Origin: Candidatus Poribacteria bacterium
GTDB taxonomy: Bacteria; Poribacteria; WGA-4E; WGA-3G
Direction: 5' to 3'
NCBI GenBank assembly: GCA_965197475.1
Contig: CBDANF010000002.1
Coordinates: 1,120,001 to 1,184,000, forward strand
Length of the DNA: 64,000 nt
A model generated the notes under the pieces. The model had not been told where the DNA came from, searched no databases, and worked only from the letters and a program-made list of their open reading frames with translations. Made by a program: the position numbers and the translations under genes. Below are positions 51,430 to 64,000 of the stretch, piece after piece. Position 1 is the stretch's first letter. Every line of letters begins with the position of its first letter.

Positions 51430-52764
51430 ATGCGACACACCCCTGATTCACTCTGGATAGAAATACTTGAGGAGCTTGGCGAAACAGTTCTCAACGATAT
51501 CTATCTGCGCCAAGTTACGCCACGTTCGCTCAACGAGGAGTCTTTGAATATTGCAGTTCCTTCCGATTATACAAGAGACGAAATTGAAAATAGATTTCTG
51601 AGTGACATTAAGAAGGTATTAGCTGATCGAATAAGCCCTGACTGTGAATTGAAAATTTCGGTGGATACATCTCTTGCCAAAATCCCCAAGCCTGAAAAAA
51701 GCAAACCTGGTTCTGAAAAAAATAACTTTGAAGCAGCGCGTTTGAATCCGAACTATGTCTTTGAGAATTTCGTTGTTGGGCAGAGCAATCGAATCTGTCA
51801 TGCGACTGCCCTTACGGCATCCGATGACCCAGGCGGAGAATATAACCCACTTTTTATATACGGCGGCGTAGGACTCGGAAAAACGCACCTGCTTCATGCT
51901 ATCGGCAATCGAGTGCAAGATAAAACCCCGAAACGAAACGTTGTTTACGTCACCTCTGAAACGTTTATGAACGAATATATTGAGTCTATCGTCAACCCCA
52001 CTTCAGCCCAAGGATTCCGAACAAAATACCGGACAACCGACCTATTGCTAATTGACGACATTCAATTTATACAACGTAAAGGAGGCACACAAGAGGAATT
52101 TTTTAATACCTTCAACGATTTATATCATAACTCAAATCAAATCGTGATGACGAGTGATCGGTCACCCCGTATGCTTGAGAACCTTGAAGAAAGGCTAAGT
52201 TCGCGTTTTGAATGGGGAATGGTTGCAGAAATTGACAAGCCAAATTATGAGCTCCGCCTTGCAATTTTGCAGCGAAAATGTCAAAACCAAGACTTTGAGG
52301 ATATTTCCGATGAAGTGCTAAGCTACATCGCAGAAATGGTAATCACAAATATCCGTGAATTGGAGGGCATGCTGGTCCGTCTTAAGGCGCAAGCTTCAAT
52401 TTACGGTGAACGACTTGATATTGACTTTGCTCGGCGGGTATTAAACGACACATCAACACCTGCCAGAGGATCACACCAAAAGATTGTTACCCCAGCAGCA
52501 ATACAAAAAATTGTGACTGATCATTTTCAACTGAACAGCGATGACCTAACTTCGGTAAAACGCACAAAAGCTATTGCCTTCCCCCGTCAAATTGCGATGT
52601 ATCTTTGCCGGGAACTGACACAGATTTCTTTGTTAGATATCGCCGAAGCTTTTAACAGGCAAAACCATACAACCATTATACATGCATGCACACAAGTTGA
52701 AAAACTACTTGAAGATGAGGAAACAAAAAAGCTTGTAGAACTTTTAATTAATGAATTGACATGA
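51430..52764 (+). CDS. dnaA: Chromosomal replication initiator DnaA
   Basis: 'YNPLFIYGGVGLGKTHLL', 'LLIDDIQF', 'RLSSRFEWG', 'PRQIAMYL'. Confidence 0.98.
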   Translation: MRHTPDSLWIEILEELGETVLNDIYLRQVTPRSLNEESLNIAVPSDYTRDEIENRFLSDIKKVLADRISPDCELKISVDTSLAKIPKPEKSKPGSEKNNFEAARLNPNYVFENFVVGQSNRICHATALTASDDPGGEYNPLFIYGGVGLGKTHLLHAIGNRVQDKTPKRNVVYVTSETFMNEYIESIVNPTSAQGFRTKYRTTDLLLIDDIQFIQRKGGTQEEFFNTFNDLYHNSNQIVMTSDRSPRMLENLEERLSSRFEWGMVAEIDKPNYELRLAILQRKCQNQDFEDISDEVLSYIAEMVITNIRELEGMLVRLKAQASIYGERLDIDFARRVLNDTSTPARGSHQKIVTPAAIQKIVTDHFQLNSDDLTSVKRTKAIAFPRQIAMYLCRELTQISLLDIAEAFNRQNHTTIIHACTQVEKLLEDEETKKLVELLINELT

Positions 52765-52871
52765 GTCCAACACTAAATACTTCACCTGCGAATCTTGGAA
52801 AAATTGGTAGCGTAAGATCGTAAGATATAGAAACTCAGATTTCATCAAGGTTTAGAGACTTAAAACACACG

Positions 52872-53131
52872 TTATGCACAATTCCTGTTGAAAACTCCCA
52901 AATTATTGTTGATAACTTGTTGATAACTTGTTGATAACTTTCACATCCGTTAAACGCGTTAACAAATTGTGAATAACTCCAAAATTTATACACACGTTAT
53001 CAACATCCATAACACCAGTCCCCATAAGAGTTTAGAAAGGTTATACACTTATGCACACCCCCTACTACTACTACTAAGGTACAATTTAAATTTAATCGAG
53101 TACTTAAAATATAATTAGAGCATGTGGATAA
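52872..53131. promoter_or_regulatory. oriC: DnaA boxes, DnaA-trios and AT-rich unwinding element
   Basis: Boxes at 52872, 3x TTGTTGATAAC (52906-52938), 52968, 52986, 52997, 53041, 53049 and a perfect TGTGGATAA at 53123; C-run then (CTA)5 at 53062-53076, then an AT-rich tract. Confidence 0.92.
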
Positions 53132-53251
53132 AAATTGAAAACAAGATTCGATTTTTAACAAATATAAGTATCAAGATTTTCTAACGACAGATTTTATATT
53201 TTTCTTTTAGAATGCCTCTTATAAATTGAAATTGTTCAAATCCACTAAAAT

Positions 53252-53412
53252 AACCCAAGTTGCCACCTATAACATGAAAAGGTCATCTTACACAGACATT
53301 TTCAGATAAGTGCTACTCACAGTTTCTGGACATACCGCTCCGCTGGAGCGAAAGATTAAACACCCTAACCATAAGGGAATTGATTGATTTTCAAAAGGTA
53401 GCAACTTGGGTT
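53252..53412. mobile_element. MITE family C (TIR AACCCAAGTTGC(C/T)ACCT)
   Basis: 17-bp TIR, 5-bp TSD AAAAT; another end of this family at ~63569-63585. Confidence 0.75.
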
Positions 53413-53461
53413 AAAATACTATGAATGTAAGATGCGCGCGAATTGCGCGACTACAAACGTT

Positions 53462-54447
53462 CGCTCATGTCAAGAGTAAGTGCTTTTGACGAGTTTTGCT
53501 ATAAAATCAACACTGACAGCTTTTAGATTCATGACGAACTCACAGATTGCGACGTAACCGGCGAGGAACTTTTTATGAACGCCACGAAAGGGACGAAGGA
53601 AGTTTCGCAGCGTCGTCCAGGCACCTTCAATCGTCCTTGTATGGATCTCGTAAAGACCATCACCGTCTGCGTCTCTTGCCCACTCGCCATCCTTATGGAG
53701 AACAATCTCACGGGCGCGCTGAATACGGTTATAGCCACGCCAACCATCCGTATACACCGTTGAAGTCGGCAACGTCCACTGATGAACGTGTGTTGAAAGC
53801 GTCGCAGAATCGGTGTGCCGCACAACACGTAATCTCAGGAGACCGCTTTCGCGACCTTTCGTCCCAACAATAGGCGGACGATCATTGTCATAAGTCCCAT
53901 GTCCCCTGCGTTTATTGCCACGCCGACGCGGCGGATCCGAAGCATCAACGTGCTTATCGCCTTTTTCACCGGCGTTTTGAAACATCTCATCTGTTTCGAC
54001 TTCAGCATCAGGTAAAGCAGCTTCGGGTTGTATCTGCTCTGCCGAAGTTTGGAGTTTACGTCTTATAGAAAGAACGGTTTGACGACTTAGACCCAGTTCA
54101 CACCCGAGTTGTGCACTTGAAACACCTTGACAGACACCGCGCAAAAGCAGAACGACCTGTGAGGGACGAAACTGCGTGCCAGCAAAGACCGTCCCGGTAT
54201 AGAGGTTGTAGATGCTCTCACAGTGTTTGCAGCGATACACTTGTAGACCACTTGTTTCAGTCGGACGGAACTTGCGTGCCTCCGCCACGCTCGCTTGGCA
54301 TTTTGGGCAACACAGCCCTTGAAGGTGGAAATGATCCAACACCCACGCTTGAGTTTTTTCTTCATCCAGGAGAGATTGTATTGGAAAGTCCATAGGTAAC
54401 ACGCTAACATAACTTTGAAAAAATAGCACTTACTTTTTACATGAGCC
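53462..54447 (-). mobile_element. IS1595-family insertion sequence
   Basis: 23-bp imperfect TIR (C/G)GCTCATGT.AA.AGTAAGTGCT, 8-bp TSD CAAACGTT. Confidence 0.93.
53470..54393 (-). CDS. IS1595-family transposase
   Basis: CPKC...CKHC Zn ribbon, 'ETDEMFQNAGEKG', 'YTDGWRGY', 'HTRTIEGAW'. Confidence 0.92.
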   Translation of the reverse strand: MDFPIQSLLDEEKTQAWVLDHFHLQGLCCPKCQASVAEARKFRPTETSGLQVYRCKHCESIYNLYTGTVFAGTQFRPSQVVLLLRGVCQGVSSAQLGCELGLSRQTVLSIRRKLQTSAEQIQPEAALPDAEVETDEMFQNAGEKGDKHVDASDPPRRRGNKRRGHGTYDNDRPPIVGTKGRESGLLRLRVVRHTDSATLSTHVHQWTLPTSTVYTDGWRGYNRIQRAREIVLHKDGEWARDADGDGLYEIHTRTIEGAWTTLRNFLRPFRGVHKKFLAGYVAICEFVMNLKAVSVDFIAKLVKSTYS

Positions 54448-54507
54448 CAAACGTTTTCTTCTTAGAGTGCATCTCATAAATCGGGATTGTTGGGTTCACT
54501 CTGTTCT

Positions 54508-54835
54508 ACCCATAACTGTCAACTTAAGGATTTTGTGATAATGAAATGTCGTCTTCAGCCTCGTGAATCAACGCCAGATGCGCGTGGGGCATTTGGCGGG
54601 GACGGTATGTTTATAAATATGAGGTAATTCATCCCTTGAGCCCCGTAGGGCGGTATGTTGTAGCCTCAGTTTACCAATCAGGATATGTCGTTCCTACGGA
54701 ACTCAAGAGGGGTGGTAACATTTTTCTATAAACATATCGTCCCTACGGGACTAAATATGGGACAGTCTCAATTATATCCTGTGTTGATCAGTGTTCTAAA
54801 AATATAGAAATTTTCTTAAGTTGACAGTTATGGGT
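54508..54835. mobile_element. MITE family B copy
   Basis: Perfect 21-bp TIR ACCCATAACTGTCAACTTAAG; flanks TCACTCTGTTCT / TCACTCCTTTCT. Confidence 0.85.
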
Positions 54836-54936
54836 TCACTCCTTTCTACCCAATCTACAAAATAACTGAAAACCACCCTAAAACTGTCTTAGCGATTCTA
54901 TAAATGATTAAGATTCAAATAAATAGTGAGGTTCAG

Positions 54937-56094
54937 ATGTATTTGGAGCGTTTGTGCCTGCGGAATTTTCGGAATTATGAAGAGTGCGATATTACATTTC
55001 ATTCAGCAGTGACGTTAGTTGTTGGAAGGAATGCGATGGGGAAGACAAGCCTGCTGGAATCGCTCTATTTTCTTTGTACTGGTGAATCGCACCGTGCTAA
55101 TTCTGTTGTTGATTTAATTCGTCATACATCAGAAGGATTTGCGGTTACCGGTTATTTCCGAAGTAATAAGAGTTCTGATTTGCTAATACGGCTTGAGGCG
55201 GTGAAACCTCGTCAAGGTGCGTTTCGCCTGAAAACTGATGGCGTGTTGCAACGAAGGCGCTCTGATTGGATAGGTAGGTTCAATGTTGTTGTTTTTTCAC
55301 CCGAATCTTTGGACATTGTTAAAGGATCACCCACATACCGCAGACGATGGCTTGATCTACTTTTATCGCAGCTGAACCGGGAGTATTTGGAAGAACTTCA
55401 ACGTTATCGTGGAATTTTGGAACATCGCAATGCGTTATTGAAGCAGGTAAGTATAGGGAAAGGGACGGTCGGTGAAATATCTGTTTGGGATGGGCTTCTG
55501 CTCGAATCTGGGGTTGCGTTGATTGGCGCAAGATATGCTGCGTTAGCGCAACTAAGCGGCGTTGTAGAGACTACACATCTATCGTTGACTGGGGGACGAG
55601 AACGACTTTTATTACAGTATTCTCCAGGGATTGATTATCCTGGCATGGAGTTATCCGATATTACAAATCTTTCAGATCATTTTCGCAACACCTTAGCACG
55701 GGCGCGCCGAGATGAACTGCGGCGGGGGGTAACCCTTGTCGGTCCACATCTTGACGATTTTACGTTGGCTTTGGAAACGCTGGATGCAGGCGAAGCACTT
55801 TTGCGTGAAACGGCACGAACCTACGCTTCCCAAGGACAGTGCAGAACAATAGCACTCGCTCTCAAACTTGCGGAGTTAGAGTTTATTCGGGAGGATACAG
55901 GGGTTTCACCGCTTTTTCTGCTTGATGATGTGCTGTCTGAGTTAGATACGAAAAGACGCGCATACCTATTAGCGTATCTTCAAGGTGTTGCTGCGCAGAC
56001 AGTGATTACTGCAACTGACAAAGATGTGATGGGCGATGAGCTAACAGATGTCCATCTGTTCACAGTTGAAAATGGTGTAATCGTTAATAATTAA
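54937..56094 (+). CDS. recF: DNA replication/repair protein RecF
   Basis: 'NFRNY', 'GRNAMGKTSLLE', 'GPHLDD', 'SQGQ', 'LLDDVLSELD'. Confidence 0.96.
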   Translation: MYLERLCLRNFRNYEECDITFHSAVTLVVGRNAMGKTSLLESLYFLCTGESHRANSVVDLIRHTSEGFAVTGYFRSNKSSDLLIRLEAVKPRQGAFRLKTDGVLQRRRSDWIGRFNVVVFSPESLDIVKGSPTYRRRWLDLLLSQLNREYLEELQRYRGILEHRNALLKQVSIGKGTVGEISVWDGLLLESGVALIGARYAALAQLSGVVETTHLSLTGGRERLLLQYSPGIDYPGMELSDITNLSDHFRNTLARARRDELRRGVTLVGPHLDDFTLALETLDAGEALLRETARTYASQGQCRTIALALKLAELEFIREDTGVSPLFLLDDVLSELDTKRRAYLLAYLQGVAAQTVITATDKDVMGDELTDVHLFTVENGVIVNN

Positions 56095-56292
56095 ACGTTA
56101 AATATAGTATAAGTTTGTAGGACTTACGCAGTCTATTTGTTGTGTCGGGGTTGAAACCCCCTCCTACAAGACTGCTAAAGAACGTATCTGCGTTTGTGTT
56201 AAGGTTGAAACTCCTCCACATTAGAGATAATACCAAGTATTAGGCGCGCTTACAAAGCGCGCCTACCGAGTGAGATCACGGTAATTGGGTAT

Positions 56293-56508
56293 AATACCAA
56301 ATTAATAGGATTTATCTTATTTTTCTGGGCAGACTGCGCGCTTATATGAAGATTAAGAATTTAATCGGGTAATTTTCAGTTTCTTTATAGAGTCCGGTGC
56401 GGTTAGGAAACCGCACCTACCGGGTCTGGGGTTTGAGCCCGAATTACCTGATTTATTTTTTATCTTCATTAAAGCGCGCCTACAAGTTGAATCAAGTTAA
56501 TTTGGTAT
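56293..56508. repeat. MITE/REP composite (TACCAAATTA...TAATTTGGTA), homologous to ~2571-2730
   Basis: Shared 'TCTTATTTTTCTGGGCAGAC.GCGCG' core and GGTGCGGTT..AACCGCACC REP. Confidence 0.6.
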
Positions 56509-56523
56509 AAAAAGGTTAGAAAA

Positions 56524-57090
56524 ATGCGGTTTCGAAAATATGGCGCAGGAAAGCGAAGTTCACAGACACAACGCCCTACAGTAAAGGTGCGGGGTGTTGT
56601 AGAAACTTTCATACGTGAACGAGGATGGTCTGATAAACTTCATGAAAGACGTATTTTTGACGTATGGGAGGCGGTTGTCGGAGCATCTATTGCTGCACAA
56701 AGTGTCCCGGTTTCCTTAGTAAGTGGAGTTTTACGGATTGAAGTAGCGCATCAAGTCTATGCTAATGAATTGTCTGCGATGAAAACTGAAATTCTTACAA
56801 AACTTGAAAGTAAACTTGAAAGTTTAAATTCAGGAGTACGGAAGCCTCTTACGGAAAACAAGTTGGTTGACATTCAGTTTCGCTTGAATCCGAACGTTTC
56901 TAAAGTTAGACCTATTGAAAATAGGTCTGAATCGGCTTCAGAGGTTTCTGAACGCGTTTTCAAATCTGTTTCGCCTGAGATGAAGGAGCAGATTGAAGCT
57001 GCGGTTTCGGCAGTGGATGATTTTGAGTTGCGAGATGCGTTGAAAACACTTTTTTTAACACAAGGTAGCGATACAGAAACCACAGAATGA
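56524..57090 (+). CDS. DUF721 / DciA family protein
   Basis: 'W..VVG..IA..S.P.....GVLRI.V....YANEL'; canonical position between recF and gyrB. Confidence 0.85.
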   Translation: MRFRKYGAGKRSSQTQRPTVKVRGVVETFIRERGWSDKLHERRIFDVWEAVVGASIAAQSVPVSLVSGVLRIEVAHQVYANELSAMKTEILTKLESKLESLNSGVRKPLTENKLVDIQFRLNPNVSKVRPIENRSESASEVSERVFKSVSPEMKEQIEAAVSAVDDFELRDALKTLFLTQGSDTETTE

Positions 57091-57498
57091 CGAACAAACA
57101 TCTTGTCATGTAAATTGTGAAAAATTTTCACAAAATAGATAAAAAATAGGTTGCCAAAAAACGGGAATTGTGTTAAAATAAGTATAGAATACATAAATTT
57201 TCGGTCGGAAATTCAGCAGAATTTTACTTACTTCAGATTTGATGGGTAAAATGTAATTAAATTTAAAAAAAATTAACATATTGTTAAAAACTACGATCAA
57301 AGAAATTGTTACGATTCATCACAATCTGTAGGTTAGGTTGAGCATCTCCAAACTCAACTAACAATAGAACCTATCAGAAAGATTTGTTAATGAAAAAAAT
57401 ATATTCTTCCACGCTATTCACTCTAACCTTTATCTTATTTTTTATAATTGCGATAAGTATAACTGATAAAACGTACTGGATGGTTATGGTACCGATAA

Positions 57499-60051
<2,553 letters not shown>

Positions 60052-60056
60052 CTATA

Positions 60057-60332
60057 CTATACTTTGGATAATTTTTAGAGTTCTTGAGTGATAGTCAAGG
60101 TCAATAGAAACACCTTAGACATCAATATAAGATTTATTGATACACATTTCGCCCCGCTGGGGCTAAGAGGGTCGTTTACCCGCGTTTCTATACACATTTC
60201 GCCCCGCTGGGGCTGCCTTTGCTGAACCTATAATAGTTTTTCTGTGGGTTACAACTTCGCACAAAACTCGTAGAAAAATAGAAAGGACTTGAGAACACAA
60301 CATGAAACAGACAGAAATTGTCCAAACTTTAG
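60057..60332. mobile_element. MITE family D (CTATA(C/G)TTTGGA(C/T)AATTT ends) with CCCCGCTGGGG hairpins
   Basis: Imperfect TIR; related ends at ~42671 and ~63235. Confidence 0.6.
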
Positions 60333-60338
60333 TAAACT

Positions 60339-60459
60339 AACGTGAGCTCGGTGTAAAAGATGTGAAGTTTTTAATGCTTGAATTCTACTTTCACAGCCAC
60401 GGTAGGTGCGGTTTCTAACCGCACCGATTCCTAAAAATTGCTTATGCCGAGCTCACGTT
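60339..60459. mobile_element. MITE family E (TIR AACGTGAGCTCGG)
   Basis: TIR with 5-bp TSD AAACT; related half-ends at ~2878, ~42658 and ~60688. Confidence 0.7.
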
Positions 60460-60740
60460 AAACTATAAAAATATGTGAATACTTTCTGGTAGGTGCGGTT
60501 TCCTAACCGCACTATTTACCTAATCCCGGCAGTGCGGTTAGACTACTGTCCGTTGGGTAGAACGGAATCCATAATAAAATCGGACACAAAAGCGTGATTC
60601 ATTTTCCATTTAAGCTGAAAGGACAGAAAAATGAGTGAAACCTAACTCTTTTTTATCTTATGGATGGACACTTGGAATCAAATATTGAACTCACGTTATA
60701 ATAAAAAGAAAAATAATCATAACGAATATAAGAGAAATAT

Positions 60741-63197
60741 ATGCAAGAAGAAAATATCATCAGGCGATCTATAGAAACAGAACTACAAACATCGTACCTC
60801 ACATACGCGATGAGTGTCAATACCAATAGAGCAATCCCCGATGTGCGGGATGGTTTGAAGCCGAGTGCACGCCGAATTATCTATGCTATGGGGGAGATTA
60901 ATCTCACGAGTAGTCGTCCCTACGATAAATGTGCTGCGGTTGTTGGTGAGGTCATGAAAAACTTTCATCCACACGGTGATGGTCCGATTTACGGCACGCT
61001 CGTAGGTCTCGCTCAGGAATTCAGTACACGTTACCCCTTAATTGATGGACAAGGGAACTTTGGGTCTATTGACGATGACCCCGCGGGGGCAATGCGTTAC
61101 ACAGAGTGTCGCCTTACAAAGATTGCTGAAACACTCCTGCTGGATATTGATAAGGATACTGTTAACTTTCAACCGAATTATAAAGAATCATTAGAAGAAC
61201 CTACCGTCCTGCCAGGTCTTCTTCCGAACCTGCTTGTGAACGGCACTGACGGTATCGGTGTAGGCTATTCAACAAAGATACCGCCGCATAACCTCAACGA
61301 AGTCGTGGATGCGCTTCTGCATGTAATTGATTTTCCCGAAGCATCTGTTGATGAATTGATTGAGTTTCTCCCAGGGCCAGATTTTCCCACTGCTGGAATT
61401 ATCGTTGGAAAAAAGGGAATCAAAAATATGTATTCTACGGGTAAAGGGAGTATGACGATGCGGGCAAAAGTCGAAATTGAACCGATAACTCACGATAAAT
61501 CTCGCGGAGACCGCGAACAAATTATAGTTACTGAAATTCCGTATCAGGTTAAGAAAAATCTACTGCTTCAACAGATGGTTGAACAAGTAGTCAATAAAAC
61601 GATTACTGGCATTTCGGATATCCGCGACGAATCTGATGAGGAAATTCGTATCGTCATTGAACTCAAGCGTGGTGAAATTCCACAAGTTATCTTAAATCAG
61701 CTCTACAAACACACAAAGATGCAGCATTTTTTTCCTGCTAATATTCTCTGTCTTGTGGATGGGCTTCCTAAAATATTAACGCTGCCTGAGATTTTGGACC
61801 ACTACCTGGCACATCGGCGGGATGTTATCCGTCGGCGTACTCAATTTGATTTGGCACGATGCATACGCCGCTCACATATTTTAGAGGGATACCGTATTGC
61901 TTTGGAACATATAGAGGAAGTCATTGAGATCGTGCAAAATGCTGAGACCCCGCAAGTGGCAGCCGATCAACTACAGGCACAGTTTGAACTTTCTGACGAT
62001 CAAGCACGCGAAGTGTTATCAATGACCTTGCGTCAGTTAACTGGATTGGAACGGGACAAAATTAACGACGAATACGTTGGACTGCTTGAACGGATTGCTG
62101 AACTGCGAGCTATCCTTGATAGTGAGGATCTCGTTACTAACATCATCAGGGAAGAATTGGAGGGATTGAAGGAGGACCATGGAGATGACCGCCGCACCGA
62201 AATCGTTTCGGAGATGAAAAGTTTTGAAATGGAGGACCTCATCGCTGATGAGGAGATGGTTGTTACGTTGACACATTCTGGATATTTAAAGCGGATTCCG
62301 ATGGATACCTATCAAACGCAAAATCGAGGTGGGGTTGGCATCAAAGGTGGTAATCCGAAAGATGGAGACTTTTTGGAGCAACTGATTATTGCCACAGCGC
62401 ATCAATCACTTCTGTTCTTCACGAGTCTCGGCAAGTGCTTTGTCCTAAAAGTTTTTGAGGTACCGGAGGGTTCCCGTCAAGCAGCCGGACGAGCAGCGGT
62501 AAATATACTAAAACTGAGTGATTCGGAGACTATTACAGCATTTTTACCTATCCGAGAGTTTAATGAGGACCTCTATATCTTTATGGCAACAAAACGGGGT
62601 ATTGTGAAGAAATGTTCACTTGGTGAATTTCGCAATCCGATTTCCAGTGGGATCATTGCGGTTAATTTAGACCCTGATGACCTTCTGATTGGCGCGCAGC
62701 TGACCAATGGGAACTACGATGTTATTCTTGTTAGCCACAACGGACATTCTATCCGATTTAGTGAATCGGATGTGCGAAGCATGGGACGCCGTACGCGCGG
62801 TGTTCGTGGCATTCGGCTTGCTGAAGAAGACTTTGTAGTAGACATGGTTTGTTCCGCAGATGAAAAGGATACTCTACTCATTGTAACAGAAAACGGTTAT
62901 GGTAAACGCACAGGATTATCAGCTTATCGTTCGCAGAAGCGCGGTGGCGTAGGATTGACAGCCATCAAACGTTCGACGCGCAACGGCGCGGTTGTTTCTG
63001 CTAAACTGGTTTCAAAGTCAGATGAACTTGTTTTGATTAGTTCTACAGGGTATATTACGCGCATGGCAGTTAGTGACATTCGGTCAATTGGTCGTACAAC
63101 GCAGGGTGTTAGGCTCATGACTTTACAAGAAGACGAAACGCTCGTTGACGTAGGTAAAATCTCGGAAACAGATTCTGATAGCAGTGTGGCAGGATAG
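60741..63197 (+). CDS. gyrA: DNA gyrase subunit A
   Basis: 'PDVRDGLKP', 'HPHGD', catalytic 'AMRYTE', GyrA box QNRGGVG, beta-pinwheel repeats. Confidence 0.97.
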   Translation: MQEENIIRRSIETELQTSYLTYAMSVNTNRAIPDVRDGLKPSARRIIYAMGEINLTSSRPYDKCAAVVGEVMKNFHPHGDGPIYGTLVGLAQEFSTRYPLIDGQGNFGSIDDDPAGAMRYTECRLTKIAETLLLDIDKDTVNFQPNYKESLEEPTVLPGLLPNLLVNGTDGIGVGYSTKIPPHNLNEVVDALLHVIDFPEASVDELIEFLPGPDFPTAGIIVGKKGIKNMYSTGKGSMTMRAKVEIEPITHDKSRGDREQIIVTEIPYQVKKNLLLQQMVEQVVNKTITGISDIRDESDEEIRIVIELKRGEIPQVILNQLYKHTKMQHFFPANILCLVDGLPKILTLPEILDHYLAHRRDVIRRRTQFDLARCIRRSHILEGYRIALEHIEEVIEIVQNAETPQVAADQLQAQFELSDDQAREVLSMTLRQLTGLERDKINDEYVGLLERIAELRAILDSEDLVTNIIREELEGLKEDHGDDRRTEIVSEMKSFEMEDLIADEEMVVTLTHSGYLKRIPMDTYQTQNRGGVGIKGGNPKDGDFLEQLIIATAHQSLLFFTSLGKCFVLKVFEVPEGSRQAAGRAAVNILKLSDSETITAFLPIREFNEDLYIFMATKRGIVKKCSLGEFRNPISSGIIAVNLDPDDLLIGAQLTNGNYDVILVSHNGHSIRFSESDVRSMGRRTRGVRGIRLAEEDFVVDMVCSADEKDTLLIVTENGYGKRTGLSAYRSQKRGGVGLTAIKRSTRNGAVVSAKLVSKSDELVLISSTGYITRMAVSDIRSIGRTTQGVRLMTLQEDETLVDVGKISETDSDSSVAG

Positions 63198-63721
63198 TTG
63201 TTAGGAGCAAGACGTGCTTTTTAACTAATAATTCTATAGTTTGGACAATTTACACGCTGTTCAAGTGGACTTGCTGAGAGGCTGTTAGGTGTATAAAGCC
63301 AAAAATGCTGGACACTGTCTCCCCGCTGGGGCTCAGTATCCTGGAACACCGTTTTTCTATAAACATTCCGCCCCGCTGGGGCTGCTACAAGTAATGAAGG
63401 TTATTGTTTTCGTCACGTGGTTAGTTTTGAATCGTATTTAGCGTTTGCCGATTTCCCACAGATGAAATAGCGAAATTAAGCCTAAAAGCCCCAGCGGGGT
63501 GATAGGTGTATTGATGCAGCTTCGTAGATCTTCAATCAGAAATAATGACCGAATGCATACAACTTTTTAGGTGGCAACTTGGGTTATTATAGTAGAGTCT
63601 GTAATTATTGGAGCACTATTAAGAGAGTGCTTATTTATAAAGTGCCAATAACTCAACGTCAAATGTGATTACGGCACGGCGGACGTGTCTACTACTATTA
63701 AAGTAGATAAGGAGAACGATT

Positions 63722-64000
63722 ATGAAAAGAAACTTTTTGGGATTTTTTATCCTGCTGAGTGCAATCTGCCTTTTTTCAGTAGGGGAGGTAACACATGCAC
63801 AAGAGGGGTCATCCGTTGAGACATTTGAACAGGTGCCGCTCACCGAAGCCTCCGAAAGCGCGAAACAGGTTTACGCACAACTTATACACGCAGTCTATCA
63901 GGAAAGTTTTGATAGAGATTTAAGTGCTGCAAAACGTTTATATGATGCCTTGGTCCAGCAAGCCTCAGATTCTGCGTATATCTGGTACAAACGGGGGCAG
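63722..64000 (+). CDS. Secreted TPR-like protein, truncated by the window end
   Basis: RBS AGGAG; MKRNFLGFFILLSAICLFSVGEVTHAQ...AYIWYKRGQ open to the end. Confidence 0.7.
   Translation, partial: MKRNFLGFFILLSAICLFSVGEVTHAQEGSSVETFEQVPLTEASESAKQVYAQLIHAVYQESFDRDLSAAKRLYDALVQQASDSAYIWYKRGQ

Noticed and set aside
52906-52938. 11-bp tandem repeat as plasmid iterons
   Set aside because: Each unit contains a DnaA-box variant directly downstream of dnaA; no rep gene is present.

Overview
Bacterial chromosomal window spanning the replication origin (dnaA-oriC-recF-DUF721/DciA-gyrB-gyrA, with no dnaN). It is probably from Candidatus Poribacteria; this is inferred from the 'NYPNPFNPETWIPY' C-terminal domain, several PhyH dioxygenases and an FG-GAP/ASPIC protein. 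All host genes lie on the + strand. They include an RsbW/V/U partner-switching module fused to DUF58/BatA genes, rph-rdgB-efp-accB-accC, pncB, glnS-gltX and purE. Intergenic DNA is crowded with MITE/REP families, two IS1595 elements, one IS630, and IS982 and IS4/IS701-like relics. Most notable: (1) a 2.0-kb element with 13-bp terminal inverted repeats, no DDE transposase and no target duplication, carrying two DUF1670-like paralogs and a ~210-nt structured non-coding segment; (2) four mosaic TPR-protein paralogs, the first three each followed by a 5' stub of the metzincin-like protease gene that follows the fourth; (3) a pseudoknotted ~85-nt RNA candidate heading the passenger operon of an IS1595. 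Domain names come from motif recognition by eye; no HMM or BLAST search was run.
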